Below, one piece after another: positions 29,409 to 47,010 of a stretch of DNA of 64,000 bases; position 1 is the first letter of the stretch; every line of letters starts with the position of its first letter. The stretch is taken from assembly GCA_964016885.1 (NCBI GenBank), contig OZ024743.1, positions 216,318,001-216,382,000 of the forward strand, in the 5' to 3' direction. The notes under the pieces were generated by a model. It was not told the DNA's origin and did no database searches. It saw nothing but the letters and a program-made list of their open reading frames with translations. Position numbers and translations under genes: made by a program. The DNA is from Eledone cirrhosa. Taxonomy: Eukaryota.

Positions 29409-29444
<36 letters not shown>

Positions 29445-29448
<4 letters not shown>

Positions 29449-31862
29449 GTGGTTGCACAACAGTTAGTTGACCATACCGAGAAGAATTGTTTCACGCTAG
29501 CGGATCCTCAGCTCGTAATGGACATGGTTATACGGAACAGGAAGGACAACCGTACAAACGCGCATGCGCAGAAATCGTCACTTCACACAGGCAATACTAA
29601 AATGCGTGCGAGAGGTGTAAGGGAGATAACTGCGAAAGTTCGAAAACGTTGAGTGAGAAGAGAGGAAAGAACCAGATAGTTTGTCTATTGATACGCTTTC
29701 TTTTCTTATTGCTTTTGTTGATAGTGGGAGAGTAAGTGATAGGTTGCGAGAAGCCGCTGTTAGCTAACGCCGTGTTATAGTAGGGTGCCGCCCTGTCACA
29801 TATAGCCTTATTAGAGGAGAGGTATGAGATTCTAGGACTGATATTATTTACGAAGTTTCTAAAATCAGTGGGAAGGTGGCATGAGTCCTTGTAAATGTAA
29901 TTGAGTTTTTCGTTTAGCTTATGGAAGGGTCTGTAGGTTTGTGTGCGAAGGTCAAAATTTATGTCTAAGAAATCTACGCTAGAGAGGTTGGTAACTACTG
30001 CTATCCTAAGTCCCAACTCATTGAAGGTAGCAGCTAAGTATTTTTTAAACCGGTCGAGGTCGAGACCACATTTATGGCTCGATAATGTCAATCCGCCGTC
30101 GCGGTATATTCCCGTGTGGAAGTCCGGGAATCTAACACGTAATATATCTAAAATAAATAGGCCAACCAAGTCGCATAAGTCAGCACTGTCAAACGATCCC
30201 ATGGAGTCGTCGAATAGGTCTGAAGTTGTTTACGTCTTTGCCCACGCTACTCAGTCGTTGAAGAGGAGGGTTTTCCGGCAGTGAGTGATGATTTCCCTGT
30301 CTAAACCATCGACGGTAGTGTAAGTGGTAGCGTAGTCCAACGCTTTGTGTAAAAGGGTCTCTGAGATCGATGTGTAAAAATCAACATTGTCCACCCGTGT
30401 AAACTTTGCTTTTTTGGATTTGAAGGTGTTGAACCACTTAATTACGGAGTCGCTGCTCTCCCACTGGGACAGGTTGGACTTAGTCCTAATGGTCTTAACT
30501 ATGTTTCTGAATATGGCCTTACTGACTAGTCCCATATCGGTGCGTGCCGGGTTTATTAGTCTACATGTGGGGTTAGAATTTAAGTCTACCTTGTGCTCTT
30601 TCAGGGTTAGGAAAGCCTCCCACTTAGCTAGAGATTGTAGCTTCTCATCTACCTTAAGGGCGGCGGCAAGTTCTTTGGCTTCTGTATTAATGTCGTGGTA
30701 GACCATAGGTTTAGCTTTTTCATATTTGGAAGCAATTTGGAAAGTGGTGTTGTCGACTTCATAAATATTATTAATTTTGTCGGAAAGAAGGAAAGTGTCG
30801 GTTAGAAACTTCGTAAATAATATCAGTACTAAAATCTAATACCTCTTCTCTAATAAGGCTATCTTTGACAGGGCGGCACCCTACTATAACAACGGCATTA
30901 GCTAACATCGACTTCTAGCAACCTATCACTTACTCTCCGACTATCAACAATATCAATAAGAAAAGAAAGAGTAACAATAGACAAACTATCTGGTTCTCCC
31001 TCCCTTATTACTCAACGTTAAAACCAATCTAAGCAAACAATTTCTATCCCTCTTAGATAGACACTTTCCCATAGGGCATAAATACAACTCCATCTTTACC
31101 CGACATAAAGTAAAACTAGGATACTCCTGCGCTAAGAACATGAAGGCCCACATCACCAACAGCCCTAAGAGCAACACCCCACCAGGGTGCTCTTGCCGTA
31201 AACCCGAAGCTTGTACCCTTCAACAGCAATGCAACACACCCGCTGTAATTTATGAAGCTGTGGTCACTTACAAACGACCAAATTAACCACAGGAGGTCAA
31301 ATCCTATGTGGGTATGGAGGAGGGCCGATTTAAGGAACGCTTCCTGAACCACCTCTCGACCTTTAGGTACCCGGACAGACGTTCATCCACGAAACTCCCG
31401 AGCCACGTATGGTCCCTTAAGGACTCAAGTATAGACTACTCCATTCAATGGAAAGCCATCACTAGGTCCAAGCCATACGCAAGGGGAAATCCGTCGTGTG
31501 GACTATGTATTGATGAACGAATAAATATTCTAAAGAGATTATGAAATAGTGATTGCCTAAACACGTAAAATGAATTCTTCACACGTTGTCCATACGTCTC
31601 GAAGCACCTCTTACATAACTACAAAGCGCCGGATTGAATCACAACAACATCCTATTTTTCTTATCAACTAGAAACTTTTCGGACTTTCGCAGTTATCTAC
31701 CCTTTCACCTCTCGCACGCTTTTTAGTATTGCCTGTGTGAAGTGACAGTTTCTGCGCATGCGCGTTCGTACGGTTCGCCTTCCTGTTCCGTATAACCATG
31801 TCTATTATGAGCTGAGGATCCGCTAATGTGAAACAATTGTTCTCGGTATGGTGAACCAACTT
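29445..31862. mobile_element. PLE family E fold-back: RT on minus (29650-30810), thumb/GIY-YIG on plus (30830-31640), pLTR at both ends
   Basis: TCRLINPART, MGSFDSAD, IYRDGG; CSCRKPEACTLQQQC, VGMEEGRFKERF, CGLCIDE; 29450-29650 is the reverse complement of 31670-31860; HHRs at 29478-29515 (-) and 31809-31844 (+). Confidence 0.9.
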
Positions 31863-31889
31863 TATATATATGTATGTGTATATACACAC

Positions 31890-34645
<2,756 letters not shown>

Positions 34646-34690
34646 GACGTGTTAGTTAGAATTGGTAACACAACATTTAGTTCATCATAC

Positions 34691-34728
34691 CGAGAACAAT
34701 TGTTTCTCCTTAGCGGATCCTCAGCTCG
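34691..34728 (-). ncRNA. Minimal hammerhead (family E), intact
   Basis: CGAG-CUGAGGA-UCC GCUAA GGA-GAAA-CAAUUG-UU^CUCG. Confidence 0.85.
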
Positions 34729-34787
34729 TAATGTTGTGTTACCACTTCTACCTAATTCGTCCCATGAACTGAGTGCTCTACCACTAC

Positions 34788-34839
<52 letters not shown>

Positions 34840-34842
<3 letters not shown>

Positions 34843-35282
34843 AAGTTTTATTTAAATTGTTGGGTTACAACGAGTAAATATTTATAACTGATATAAAAGC
34901 ACTCAACAAGTATTTGGAGTATATTTACGATATTAAATAAATGGAAACTATATTTATAAAACCATATTTATTTCATTATATATATTTCAGGGATATCGTA
35001 TTAAAAATATGGTATGCCTTCTTCAGACAAAATACAATATAAACAGTCTTTATAAATAGATAGATTTGACATACCTTACAACTTCAACTTCCATTTAAAG
35101 AGTTGATACTTTTTAAATGGAAGTTGAAGTTGTAAGGTATGTCAAATCTATCTATTTATAAGACTGTTTATATTGTATTTTGTCTGAAGAAGGCATACCA
35201 TATTTTTAATATGATATCCCTGAAATATATATAATGAAATAAATATGGTTTTATAAATATAGTTTCCATTTATTTAATATAG
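34840..35282. mobile_element. Family B pLTR palindrome in (TA)n
   Basis: 34931-35100 is the near-perfect reverse complement of 35110-35280; HHR motifs at ~34975-35030 (-) and ~35180-35235 (+); ~90-bp extra tail on the left. Confidence 0.85.
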
Positions 35283-35304
35283 TATATATATATATATATA
35301 TATA

Positions 35305-35368
<64 letters not shown>

Positions 35369-35399
35369 TGTGTCTGGATATATATATATATATATATAA

Positions 35400-35620
35400 T
35401 GGAGAGATTTGAACAGGAACAAACCAGAGAGGCAGTACAACGAATGTTTATTAATTTCACGCTCTGGAGAGTGGGGTGGTGGTGGGGAACGACGTTTCGG
35501 GCATAAGCCGTTCCTCAGGTGAGAAGTGTGTGGGAACAGAGTTCAAACGATGTGTAGGGGAGTGGTGGAGAGACATATAGCGAAAGGAAACGGTATGGTA
35601 GACAATTCAAGCACTGGACG
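35400..35620 (-). mobile_element. pLTR fragment of another PLE family with minimal HHR (~35489-35522)
   Basis: AC-CUGAGGA-ACGGC UUAU GCCC-GAAA-CG-UC^GU, with downstream AAUAAA; stem I only 2 bp. Confidence 0.55.
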
Positions 35621-38152
35621 TTGTGTTACTTCAAAATAGGAATATCGGAGTATAATTAAAATGAGGAAAATGCCCTGTTGTAGCTGTTAAATAGTCCTTT
35701 ATCAATAACGCTGTGATAGACATTTCAACGGTGATCATAGTCACTTGGTTATATAAACATCCTCGTGATATCCTCAGATAACAAAATTGAGTAAAGTTTT
35801 ACGTTTCAAAGTCAGTAGTAGATGCCTTGGAAACGTAACATCTACAACTTCATATTTTCCTCTTTATCTCTCTCTATATATGCATATTTTCAAAAGAAGC
35901 CCGCTCTGCTAAATCATTAGAATATAAATTCAAAATAAGGGCACACAGGACAGATACAATGGTAAATACAACGAAATAACACACAGTTCCTTCTCTTCAA
36001 TCAGCCCCAGGAAATCACGCCGGTTTCAGTATATTATGGCGGTTACCGGACTTTCTAGTGCGCATTAGAAAACAGGCAAAGACAAAGTCAGCACATGTAA
36101 TGATTTTTGACGAATTACAAATATCTAGTGGGAAATGTCTACCGTGTGTCAATTGACAGGTAACGGTGTGCAATAGCTTAGACGAAGTATAACAAAATAT
36201 TGAAAGGAAAGAAATAGAGAAACAGAAAAGTATAATATGAACTGCAGTCTAACATGCAGACAAAGAATGACGTCTGTTATTTCCAAAAGATCCTTTTGCG
36301 TCTATGTATTTGAAGATGATTTCAAAATAGAGGGTTGCACGAAACGAAGATGGAAAAAAAAAACGAAAAACCGCCAATCACATCTCCCTAGACGTCTTCG
36401 TCGTCAGGAAGAACAAGACGAATAATTTGCTGACATATATAGTCTGCAGGTCAACTCATCTATATAAGTCTATGTTAAATTGCAAATTTGAATCCAATTT
36501 AATTGGCATTTCTCTCATTACTTCAATTATAAAATCTTTGCAAAACCCTGTGACTATAAAATACTGTTTGGTTTTGACAATCGCTGCTATTATAAATAAA
36601 TATATAGGCATGTGTAGAGATTAAGAGCATGAGATTAGTAATGAGAAGACGATGAATAAATGACAAAACCCTCCATTTTTTTAATACAATTTGCTGACAA
36701 TTTGTTGACAAAAACGTAAAGGAAAAGTAAATTGTGAATTGAATTAATTTGCACTGAAGTAGTAAACAATTAGCTGTCATCGCTATGAGGACAACTAACA
36801 TTCTCACAAAATATGTGTTCTTATTTTGTTTTTTATATACATTAAATTTCACATTACACTTTGAATTACTAATTTCGATTCCTGGCATAAATGCAATAAT
36901 CATAAATTACGTTATAAAATTGTTGACGTGCAGTTAAAAATAATAATAAATTGTGAGGTAGTGTGCTGGAATGAGAGTAGTGAACTGCACCTGTTCCTTT
37001 CAATTATAAAATTGGTTGCATTTTATTTTTTGGCGATAATTTTTCGTTTTCTTTTCTTCTTTCAATTTTTCGAACATAATTCTTAATTCAATAATCACCT
37101 GCAGGTTTTCATTATATTATATTTATTTATTTATTGGGAAAAAATTCATAACTTCAAAATATTCATACAAATATATATCGTTGTGTATGATATTCTATGT
37201 TTCTAGGTGGAATAGTGTCAGTAATGAAACCTCAGGTTACTTTTCACCCGGTGGCATACGAACATATTCAATCACGAAAGTCACATTTTCTTGCCGACAA
37301 AATTCAAACCAAATGTCCTCGCTTTCAATCATTTCGGGCTGAATATATATTAAAATATGTATTCTAATTAGTAAACCATAAATCTTAACAGGTGCTGAGA
37401 TTCCATATTACTACATAGAGACTCGTATACAAATGTGAGGAATACTTTGTTGCTTCAATATTACTCGGGATAATCAGGCTTGCTTTGTGTGTGGACGAAT
37501 ACGGCATATTTATACAAATTAAACTTTCTTCATTCCGCAATATTTTTCAATATTTCAAGGCATTTAGGATTGCATGACTGTCAATGAAATATCCCCCCTA
37601 TTCTCCATACTGCCGCATTATACATTGAATCATATATATGTATATATTATATATATATATATATATCATGAAAAGTTTACTTTTATCTGGGGGAGGGGGA
37701 TATAGCGATTGTGCAATATATTATTCAAACTTTGTTTAACGTTAATACAAAATAACATTAATACTCGTCTATATTCTTGTTTGTTCGTTTTTAATGTTTT
37801 AGTTTCATTTACAATATTAGTTACATTCGTTCTTTCAAATTAATTTATAATTTAACCATCCTGTGTTAATATCGTATCACGCTTTGGAAAGACATCAACT
37901 TCAAGACAGAACCCTCGTTATATTCATACTGCTGGCTTTCTTCAATCAGATGCGGAGTCCCTGGAAAATTTCATTGCAGCTTTCTTTCCTCATCTGACAA
38001 ATTCATATAAAACCTATCATGAAATGTCTGTCTCGGGGACATATTTAACTAATCACTGCAAACTAACAGAATTATTAAAAAAATACACAGTTACTCCTGT
38101 ATTAAAGCATTAGTTTTATCAATCTGATTTATCATAGTGCTCCTCTACAGCA

Positions 38153-38222
<70 letters not shown>

Positions 38223-40186
38223 AGGCCAAGTAAACCGCTGCTGGAGTATAGCGAAAAAAGTTTAAAAAGTACAGAATAGAAATCCGTTATCTTTTGACTT
38301 GTAGCAAAATAGCATATTGACATAACTTCTAGCGTCTCACTACTTCTGTTCAATTTAGGTTATATTGTAGCGGGATCAATATTTTTCTTTATCCGATTAA
38401 TCAACAAAGATCCTACCTCATCTGAAAAGTATATACATTTAGATTGACTTTTTCTGCTGCAATGTTCAAATTCACTTGTTTGTAGAGAGATTAATAATTC
38501 ACTGGTAGTCATTACAATGATATTTGTGGACACTAGCAATCTAAAAAATGTTGTTTTCACAAAGTAGCCGTACGTTTTAAGTGCGAAGTCACAACTGTCA
38601 TATTTATGTGAGGACGTGAAATGCTGTATGCATTTTTGTGCAGGCAGTTTCTTCATTAATGAAGATGTTATATCTGGCTCTTGTTTTTAGAATATTGAGT
38701 AAATATGAATAATCCCAATTGTTGGCTCCTATGAGCATAGTAAACTGAAGCTGTGGCAATCATACATTTTCCCAGTATCATGAAAGTCGGATGCGATAAA
38801 TCGCTGTAAATATCATGTTGAATCTTATTGAAAGTTTATATATTTTACGCTGCAGTACACTCATCCAGCATTTCAAAAACGAGATAATAAAATCAAATAA
38901 TATGGTTTTGGTTATCGGTCAATAAATGTTGATTGGAATTTGATATTAAATTAACAAATGACCACAGCTAACCAACAATAAGTTAAGTTGGGGAGTCGAT
39001 TTGCTAAAGCCAATTTACTTTAAATCTCTCGTTCCTATAAAGTGCCATTTATATTATCATTAAAGTTTAATTTGTGAATATATATATATTAAATTACGCC
39101 AAGTTGATTACATGAATATATTTCAATATCAGTATGCAGCATTAAATTATAAAATTTAGAAAAAACTGAAAAATACCATTTGAATAAAAAATAAACATAT
39201 TTAATTCTAAAACACGATTTGTGTCATATCAATATATCCACATATTTAAACAAGAAGTATTATAGCTAAATTGAGCAGATTGAAATATATTTTCACCCTG
39301 TTCGTGATACGAGTTATCCAAAGAAAAAATACTAGAGATATGAATGTAAATAAACTATTATAATTACAATATTTATGAAACTTCTCAGCCATTCGGTTAC
39401 ATAATAGGAAGAAGTATTTAACATAATCCACATCATAACACTATTAGTAATAGAGTGCATATGTGCCTCGGTTACGGATTGCCTCGCAGTTGATTCGATG
39501 ATATACATCACATCTGATTAGAAATCACATGTATTCAAAAAGTGATTAAATGTACCATTCATTCAATTTACTGGCAAATTCATAGAGTTGGCATTTTATG
39601 TATATATATATATAAATATATACTCTCTTTCGGTTAGCTCTATACGCTATTTCGAAATATGTAAAGTTATCAGCCACTCACAAAATTAATTATTCAGGTT
39701 TGAAAGCAGTTAATTTCTTCCAGAAAGAAAGAGGGAGTGATAAAAGGTTAGAATGAATAAACCCAAATACTAGATAGGTACTATATTTCTCGATCTCGTA
39801 CTGATAATCTGCAAACTTTACTTCGTTGTATTTGCACTGAGAATGCACATTTGCACATACAACGAAGCAGTTTATCCGACATTCTTATACCTATATCAGT
39901 TCATTATTTAAATATAAGCATAGCAAACATTTAAGCAATTACGTGTACAATTGTTATATACGAGGGTCAGCTGGATATTTCATAAGCTGATTATGTAGGA
40001 GTGATGCTACAGCTGTGAAATCTCGCATGTATTAATTTTAATTCTTCTTATTCATAACTGTCTTGTTTCTTTCTAGAGAGTATGTTGAAAAATAAACCTC
40101 ATGTGATGATCCTCCGAGACTATCTTGTTATACAAAAACCTGAAGAATTAATATTTAGTGAAAGAAATATGAACAGTCTGTAAATA

Positions 40187-40318
40187 TAATTGTTTCTACT
40201 TTTGGCACAAGGCCAGCAATTACCCAGTGCATTACTGGTACTTTATTTTATCTACCCCGTAAGGATGAAAGGCAAAGTTAATCTTGGCGGGATTTGAACT
40301 CAGACCGTAAAGGGACGC
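40187..40318 (-). mobile_element. SINE (5'-truncated)
   Basis: Shared core and gttcaaatcc B-box. Confidence 0.8.
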
Positions 40319-40680
40319 ACAGCCAACAGCAATGAAACAGTTAAATTGTAGCATGTTTAAAGATTTGCAATTAGAGACTCTGTAAATTTCAACAATCAAA
40401 ATAGGTCGACCTTAAGTTAAACGGCAAATACAATGCAATATGGCAGTACTACTGAATGTGTATAACCTTAGTGAACATAACAAAATGAAGTCATTAATTT
40501 CTTCCAGAGTAGACTAATACGAGATTGCAGAAAGGACCTAAATAATATGTGTCTTAAACACACACCAAGAGAGAGGTAGGCTAACACACGCACACAACAC
40601 ACATACCAACTCATACACACGCGCACACACACATATATAATATACATATATATATAACTGATAAAGAAATTATTTGCTGA

Positions 40681-40755
40681 AAACACACACATTCACACAT
40701 ACACACACAAATACTTACACATACAGGCGAGCACATGAATAACTATATTCTATAT

Positions 40756-40835
<80 letters not shown>

Positions 40836-40907
40836 TTATATAGAATATAGTTATTCATGTGCTCGCCTGTATGTGTAAGTGTTTGTGTGTGTGAACGTGT
40901 GTGTTTT
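40681..40907. repeat. Palindrome with near-perfect ~50-bp arms around (CA)n(TA)n
   Basis: acttacacatacaggcgagcacatgaataactatattctatataaaca and its exact reverse complement. Confidence 0.85.
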
Positions 40908-41469
40908 CCGCAAGTAGTTTCATTATAGGCACTCCTTACAGAAGGCATTATTTCTCAATTAAATCTAAATAATGCTACATAATGAAGTTTTGAATATAAC
41001 ACATTTCATAACGATTTTTGTTTTGCAATCAAATCACTTTAAAATGAAATATATATTGTTTAATGACGACAATCGAAAATTACTTCATAGAAATTCTATA
41101 ATGAAAGTAGAAATTGGAAATGAGATTTGAATAAAATCGAAAGAAAATATATATCAATCAGGAGTATCCAAGGTGTGTAACAGTTAAATTAAAATCAATA
41201 GCTACAAAACCAGCAATAAAAATGTTAACTCTTAAATCAGACATGAATAATACATAATTGTTATTTAGTACTTGAGGTGAAAGTCGCTTATAATTATCTT
41301 AAGATAAATCTCTACGATCTTTATTAGGAAAATGAGTTGAAAATATTCCACTTTGTAATTGAAGTATATTTCTTAATCTATATTTATATTTAAAGATGAG
41401 TAAATAATTTCAATGTAATTATTCCTGGATTAATATTTTAAAATTTAGATTTCTTAAAGTTCCCAGAAA

Positions 41470-41580
41470 ATAATTGTTTCTACTTTTTGGCACAAGTCCA
41501 GCAATTATACCAGCGCATTACTGGTACTTTATTTTATCGACCCTGTAAGGATGAAAGGCAAAGTTAACCTCGGAGGGATC
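41470..41580 (-). mobile_element. SINE 3' fragment
   Basis: Shared core. Confidence 0.75.
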
Positions 41581-42214
41581 AGAAAATAATAAAACCAGTC
41601 TTTAGAATTCAGTCGCTTTTACTCATGACGATATATATGATATTCCAAGTAGCTATATATCAGCTCACACATACAAGCATATTCTCATGTGAAATCATGT
41701 TGAATTCAGTGTGTAGTGTAAATATCTGATAACATGCATTACCGTATATTTTAATATTTTACCTGAGACAGCATTAAAGGCCCTGGTGTGGAATATTTAT
41801 TTACTCTCATTGTCTTTTTTTAATTCGTGGCATAACAAATTGTTATAAACTAATAATTAAACAAATACCTATGCAATAGATAGTTTCCTTATGCAATGAA
41901 ACCAGACAGAATCTTCGTGAATTTCACATAGCGATAAATTGTTGATGTGCACACAATTTTAATCGTGCCTATCGTACCGACGGAATACTAAATCAGGAAA
42001 ATGGATATAAATTCCTGAAACTCAATCAGTAACACACACGTGCATCTAATAAACAGAAACGAAGGATCATCGAAAATGCCGATGGATTTGTTGAATTAAA
42101 CATCAGAATAAAATAATCTCACATGTATACTATATATATATATATAAATATATTGTCGAGTTTAGTATGCTGAGTGTCATATAATATCTTTATGGGAAAC
42201 CGGTTGCTATATAC

Positions 42215-42335
42215 AGCTTACAAATTCAGGTACAGCCCGTAGAGTCGGTAAAAGAAATTACAGCCGTCGTTACGGGGATTCGAACATCGTATTTCGATCG
42301 TACTGGCTGAGTGCTGTAGCCATTGATCTACGGAA
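42215..42335 (-). mobile_element. tRNA-like SINE head/pseudo-tRNA
   Basis: Minus strand tccgtagatcaatggctacagcactc...gttcgaatcccc has A and B boxes. Confidence 0.45.
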
Positions 42336-42659
42336 TAGCTTACAAGATCGAACCGTCTGAATTCGGCAGCTGAATATAACAGATTTGAAAATGTTAACAA
42401 ACCCCGTATGCAAATGCCGAATTTTCGAACTTACGAAGTACTGAGAGAATATAAAATTCGTAGAATATGTATTATAATCGGCCGCAGAAGATAACTGTAA
42501 GTGGATTCAGTTGCAATGAAAAGCTTATAAAATCGGGTAAACAACGTGGAGACAAAAAAATGAAGTTGTAAGTTTAGTATATTTTCTATAAGATTTATAT
42601 TATCTTATAGAAATTATCCATCGAAATTTCGAAATCGATTGTTTACAATTACAGAGTGG

Positions 42660-43205
42660 TTAGACTGAGCAGTGTTATTCAGGTGATGACAAGTTGTCAA
42701 ATATCACTAGGATTGAGGGCTAGAGCACTGAATCTCTAAGCATCTTTACCAGAGTTTCTAAGCTGTATTTACAGTAATTTACATTCTCTGAGCTCGGCAT
42801 GAAACTGGTTAGCGTTTTGAAGGTGACCACCGAATAGTTTGCCGTACGGTAGATCTGCGCAGGGTGATGTCGAAGCTGCTTGATTATGATTATAAGGAGT
42901 GGCGCATGGTGGTGTTTCAGGACATCCTCCATTGTCTTGAAAACAAACCAGACTTGCTGGAGAGATTCATCACCGTTGATGATTCATGGGGATCAATTTT
43001 CTGAACGATGAATCCATTAAGAGGGCCATGACAACAGAGCAACCGAGAATCCCGGGAGTGTCCTTCCAGTAGTGGAAGGCGGAGAAAGATGGGGATGGAC
43101 GTCAGACTAGACGGGGATTATTTCGAAGTGGAAAACTTAATTTATAATTTGGTTATAAATTCTTTTGCCACCCCATTCCTGTTTCTTTTCTGACACACCT
43201 CTTAT
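42660..43205 (+). mobile_element. Decayed mariner relic
   Basis: Similar to 43820-44432 (caggacatcctc...aaccagacttgctgg...atcaccgttgatgattcatgg); right TIR ttttctgacacacctc. Confidence 0.7.
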
Positions 43206-43668
43206 GTGTAGAAGTATAATCTAACACATCTCCGTATTTCCCTGCATATCTAAAACATGAAGAACATCTTTGATAGATGTTCATCAATCACTACAATGCA
43301 TCTGTGGTGTTGACTTCAGTATGAAAATCTTTATTTTAAAGGATGTCTTTCATCGAGACAGTTTTAGAAGGTATGGATCTTGAATTATATATCTAAGATT
43401 AGCTAGCATTTGAAGAAACAACACCACTACCTCAGAATAAAAAATACATTCGTTCAAAAGCTCAGAGACATAGCATGACAAAATCTTATATATAATCTCA
43501 ATCACCACAAAACAAACAACCCTGTAACTGACGAGCTGGCATGAGGAAATCAAGTGCTCTTTGAATGTGCTGAGAAACTACACACCCACATAATTCTCCA
43601 TAAAGAGATGAAGCATAATCCCTATGAATAGACAATGCGCCATGTCGAGCCAAAGGATCTAAGGAAGT

Positions 43669-43717
<49 letters not shown>

Positions 43718-43819
43718 ATGTATGTGTGTGTGTGTGCGCGCGCGCGTGTGTGTGCGTGTGTGTGTGTAAGTGTGTGTACACACAAACGCACACGTACATT
43801 CATACGATGCATATATATA

Positions 43820-44432
43820 CGAGGTGTGTCAGAAAAGTTCCAGGACTGATGCCAGAAGTTTTTGAGTGGTGCAAGATGACCCCAGGAGCGGAAGGCCCTC
43901 AACAACCAGGGCTGAGATCAACCTTGAGCGCGTCGGTCAGATGGTGCGTAGCGATCGTCGGCTGACTGTTCGGCTGATGGGAAATGAGCTGGGCATGAAT
44001 CGGGACAGCGTCTGGAAGATTCTCACTGAAAATTTGGACATGCGGAAGTCTGCGCGAAGATGGCGCTAAAACTGCTGAACGAGGACTAGAAGGGTCGACG
44101 CATGCAAGTTTGCCAGAACATCCTCGAGCGTCTTGAAACCTAACCAGACTTGCTAGGGACAGTCATCACCGGTGATAAGTCATGGGTCTTCGAGTACGAC
44201 CCGGAGGGGACCCGTTTTGAAGACGTGGAAGACATAAAAAAGGCCGTGACAACGGAACTGCGGAGGATCCCGGAAGAATCCTTCCATGAGTGCATGCAAG
44301 CGTGGCAGAAAAGGATGGAAAAGTGCATTAGACTCCAGGGGGATCGCTTTGAAAGAGTATACTCTTAGTGTGAAGTTTGGGTTTGAAATAAATCTTTTGA
44401 CATCAGTCCTGGATTTTTTCTGACCCACCTCG
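43820..44432 (+). mobile_element. Internally deleted mariner (Tc1/mariner) with TIRs and TA TSD
   Basis: TIR cgaggtgtgtcagaaaagttccaggactgatg / catcagtcctggattttttctgacccacctcg; DDPRSGRP, VITGDKSWVFEYDPE, WQKRMEKCI. Confidence 0.92.
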
Positions 44433-46827
44433 TATATATATATGTATATATATATGTATATATATATATATACATAAACTATTGAATCGATTGAAACAGA
44501 AGTAACATGGTGTAATTAAGTACGACGCATTTTTTTCTTTCAACCATCCACACTATATTTCCTATCGTACGTGACCAGTGAAAAAGATATGCGACAGATT
44601 ATTGCTGTAGATCTTATCTACTATAACTCTTGAATGTGCGGCTCTGAGCATGGCTGGTACCCAATGGCTTAAAAAATTGAATGAATAAAAGTATTTTTGC
44701 GTATGTCTGAATTGTGAAATTTATTTTCGTTTTTTTAAATTTAAATGGAATTCTTCACGTTTTTTCGCAAGTGCAGTATTGTCTATAATTATTGAATTAA
44801 AATATTTTCAAATAGAAATTGATGCCAGACACCGAGAGCATTATCTGTCATTTAAAAGTTATTCACGATATAGTCGCTCTACACTGTTGAGAGAAATATA
44901 GAGTCGGTGAGAAGTGAATTAAATGAGAGAGTAAGATAACAAGAGAGAGAAAACGAGAGGGAGAGAGTGAGAACGAGGGAGAGAAAATAGTGGAAAGGGA
45001 TAGTTAGATAGAGACAGAAAGAATAAGAGAGAAATAAAGGGAGAGAGAAGGAGAGAGGGGTCAGATGGAATGAAATAAAATCAGAAATAAAAGTGACATA
45101 GAGACGGACGCACTCAATCATTGTCTGAAATAATTCAATTTTTTTTCTGTTTTTGTTTTTCCTTATAACGTCGAGTCAAAGATTCTTACCTTTAAGATGT
45201 GATTATAAATATTTTTTCATCAATGAAAAATGTGCTTTGGTTCCCCTGTATATTTATTCTTCTAACCCCTCCTGATTTACAAGGTGATGCTCAATGGTTG
45301 CAGGGTACATGCATCAATTCTCCTAACAACTACATCAATGACTCAAAAGTCATGCAGACATATACCATTATGACTTAACCCCAGTACCCATAGATGGCGC
45401 ACTATTCCCCAGAAATAACAGATAAATCTCCATGAAATTGTAGTCAATATTCTTAACAAGAAATGAAAATGTAAAATGTGAAGCTCGTAGCACTATGTAT
45501 TAATCAGAAGACCGGATGATCCCGCTAATAACCTATTTCACCATACAGGTATGTCTATTAATGTTAGAACTTCGAACATAAGCGTGTAATGGAGTTTGTT
45601 AAATGTCTTCCATTTCTCTAACCGTGGGCAGTTTTGTCTTTAAGGAAATGACATGAATACACAATCCTCGGATTTTTACTCGTCAAATAATGTCATATAA
45701 ATTTCATATAATCTTGCATTAATCGAAGTAGAACTCTTCAGAAGTTTCTTTTCTCTGAGGATGCGTGTTCAAAAAATTGTTATCGTTAAGCAATGTTTTC
45801 AAATATCATAATTGTTGTCTTATTACTTATATAGCCCTATACGTATATAGATAAATAAACTTCCTTAGGTGTTTTACAGGAGTTCCAGTATAAATCTAAA
45901 TTTTTGGATGTGTATATCTCTTTTTTTTTTTTCAATAAACATGCAGCATTTGTTATCACAAAAACATTTTAATTATTGTGAAATTCCAGTGAGACATAAC
46001 GCTTCTATGCAAAGGTGTATAATATTTCTTATTAAAATGCCTAGACATGTTCTTGATATAAAAATATAAAAGAAAAGCAGCAATCACGGCGTTAATTATT
46101 TCCTCAATCTACATGTCTTTTGAGTAAATCTTGTCTGAACACAAAACGAATATCAACTTTAGTGTTGATAGCACCAAAAGCGATAAGCTAAATGCTAAAT
46201 CAATTGCGTCGGTTAAATCGACACTATAATTATCCTGTAAAAATTTGATATTAAGCTGATAAAATAAATAAAAATAAATACGTGATTTAGATTTAAAACC
46301 AAAAATTCATTTCGTAAAAATTAGCATAGGATAATTTGCATTTGATATGTAAATTGATATTAGTACAACTGCACTAGGAAATATATTTATATAGGTGGTG
46401 GCTGTAGAGAAACGATGTATATCCACAGTGAATACAGTGAATATAGTTAAAACATTCTAAGATGAGACAGAAGACAGGGACCTTTCACGAAGGAAACTCT
46501 ATGAACATAAAAATTAACAAAATTTCATATGAACTACAAATATAAACGATAATCGTATGTGTAGTTGAATGAAAAGGTTTGTCCATAACGAAATGAAAAC
46601 GGAACGAAAAGAAAAATAAATTGTTTTTCTTATTTCCTCTATGAATATATAATTGCCTTTCTTGCATATTCTGAAAGTGACAAAAAGCGTAGTTTCAAGA
46701 TTTGTTATCTTTTCAGAAACAACATAATCTTCAGTGTTTCTTCTATATCTCATTATTTATCATGAATATATTGATTAGTACCATCATCTTCATTATCTAC
46801 TACATCTTCATAACGATCATCATTATT

Positions 46828-47010
46828 GATTGGCACTATCAGTAGAGCGTCGGACACCATACTCTGCATCATAGAGTTATGGACCTTTATGTTCTGAATT
46901 CAAATCCCGCCGAGTTTAACTTTGCCTTTCATTCGTACGCGGTCGATAAAATAAAGTACCAGTAATGTACTGGTAATTGCTGGCCTTGTGCCAAAAGTAG
47001 AAACAATTAT
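46828..47010 (+). mobile_element. tRNA-derived SINE
   Basis: ttcaaatcccgccgag...tttgcctttcattcgtacgcggtcgataaaataaagtaccag. Confidence 0.85.

Noticed and set aside
37860-38830. Possible host exons or transposase
   Set aside because: No sustained ORF or recognisable motif in any frame.
39959-40000. tacgagggtcag mariner-like TIR start
   Set aside because: No matching right TIR or transposase found.
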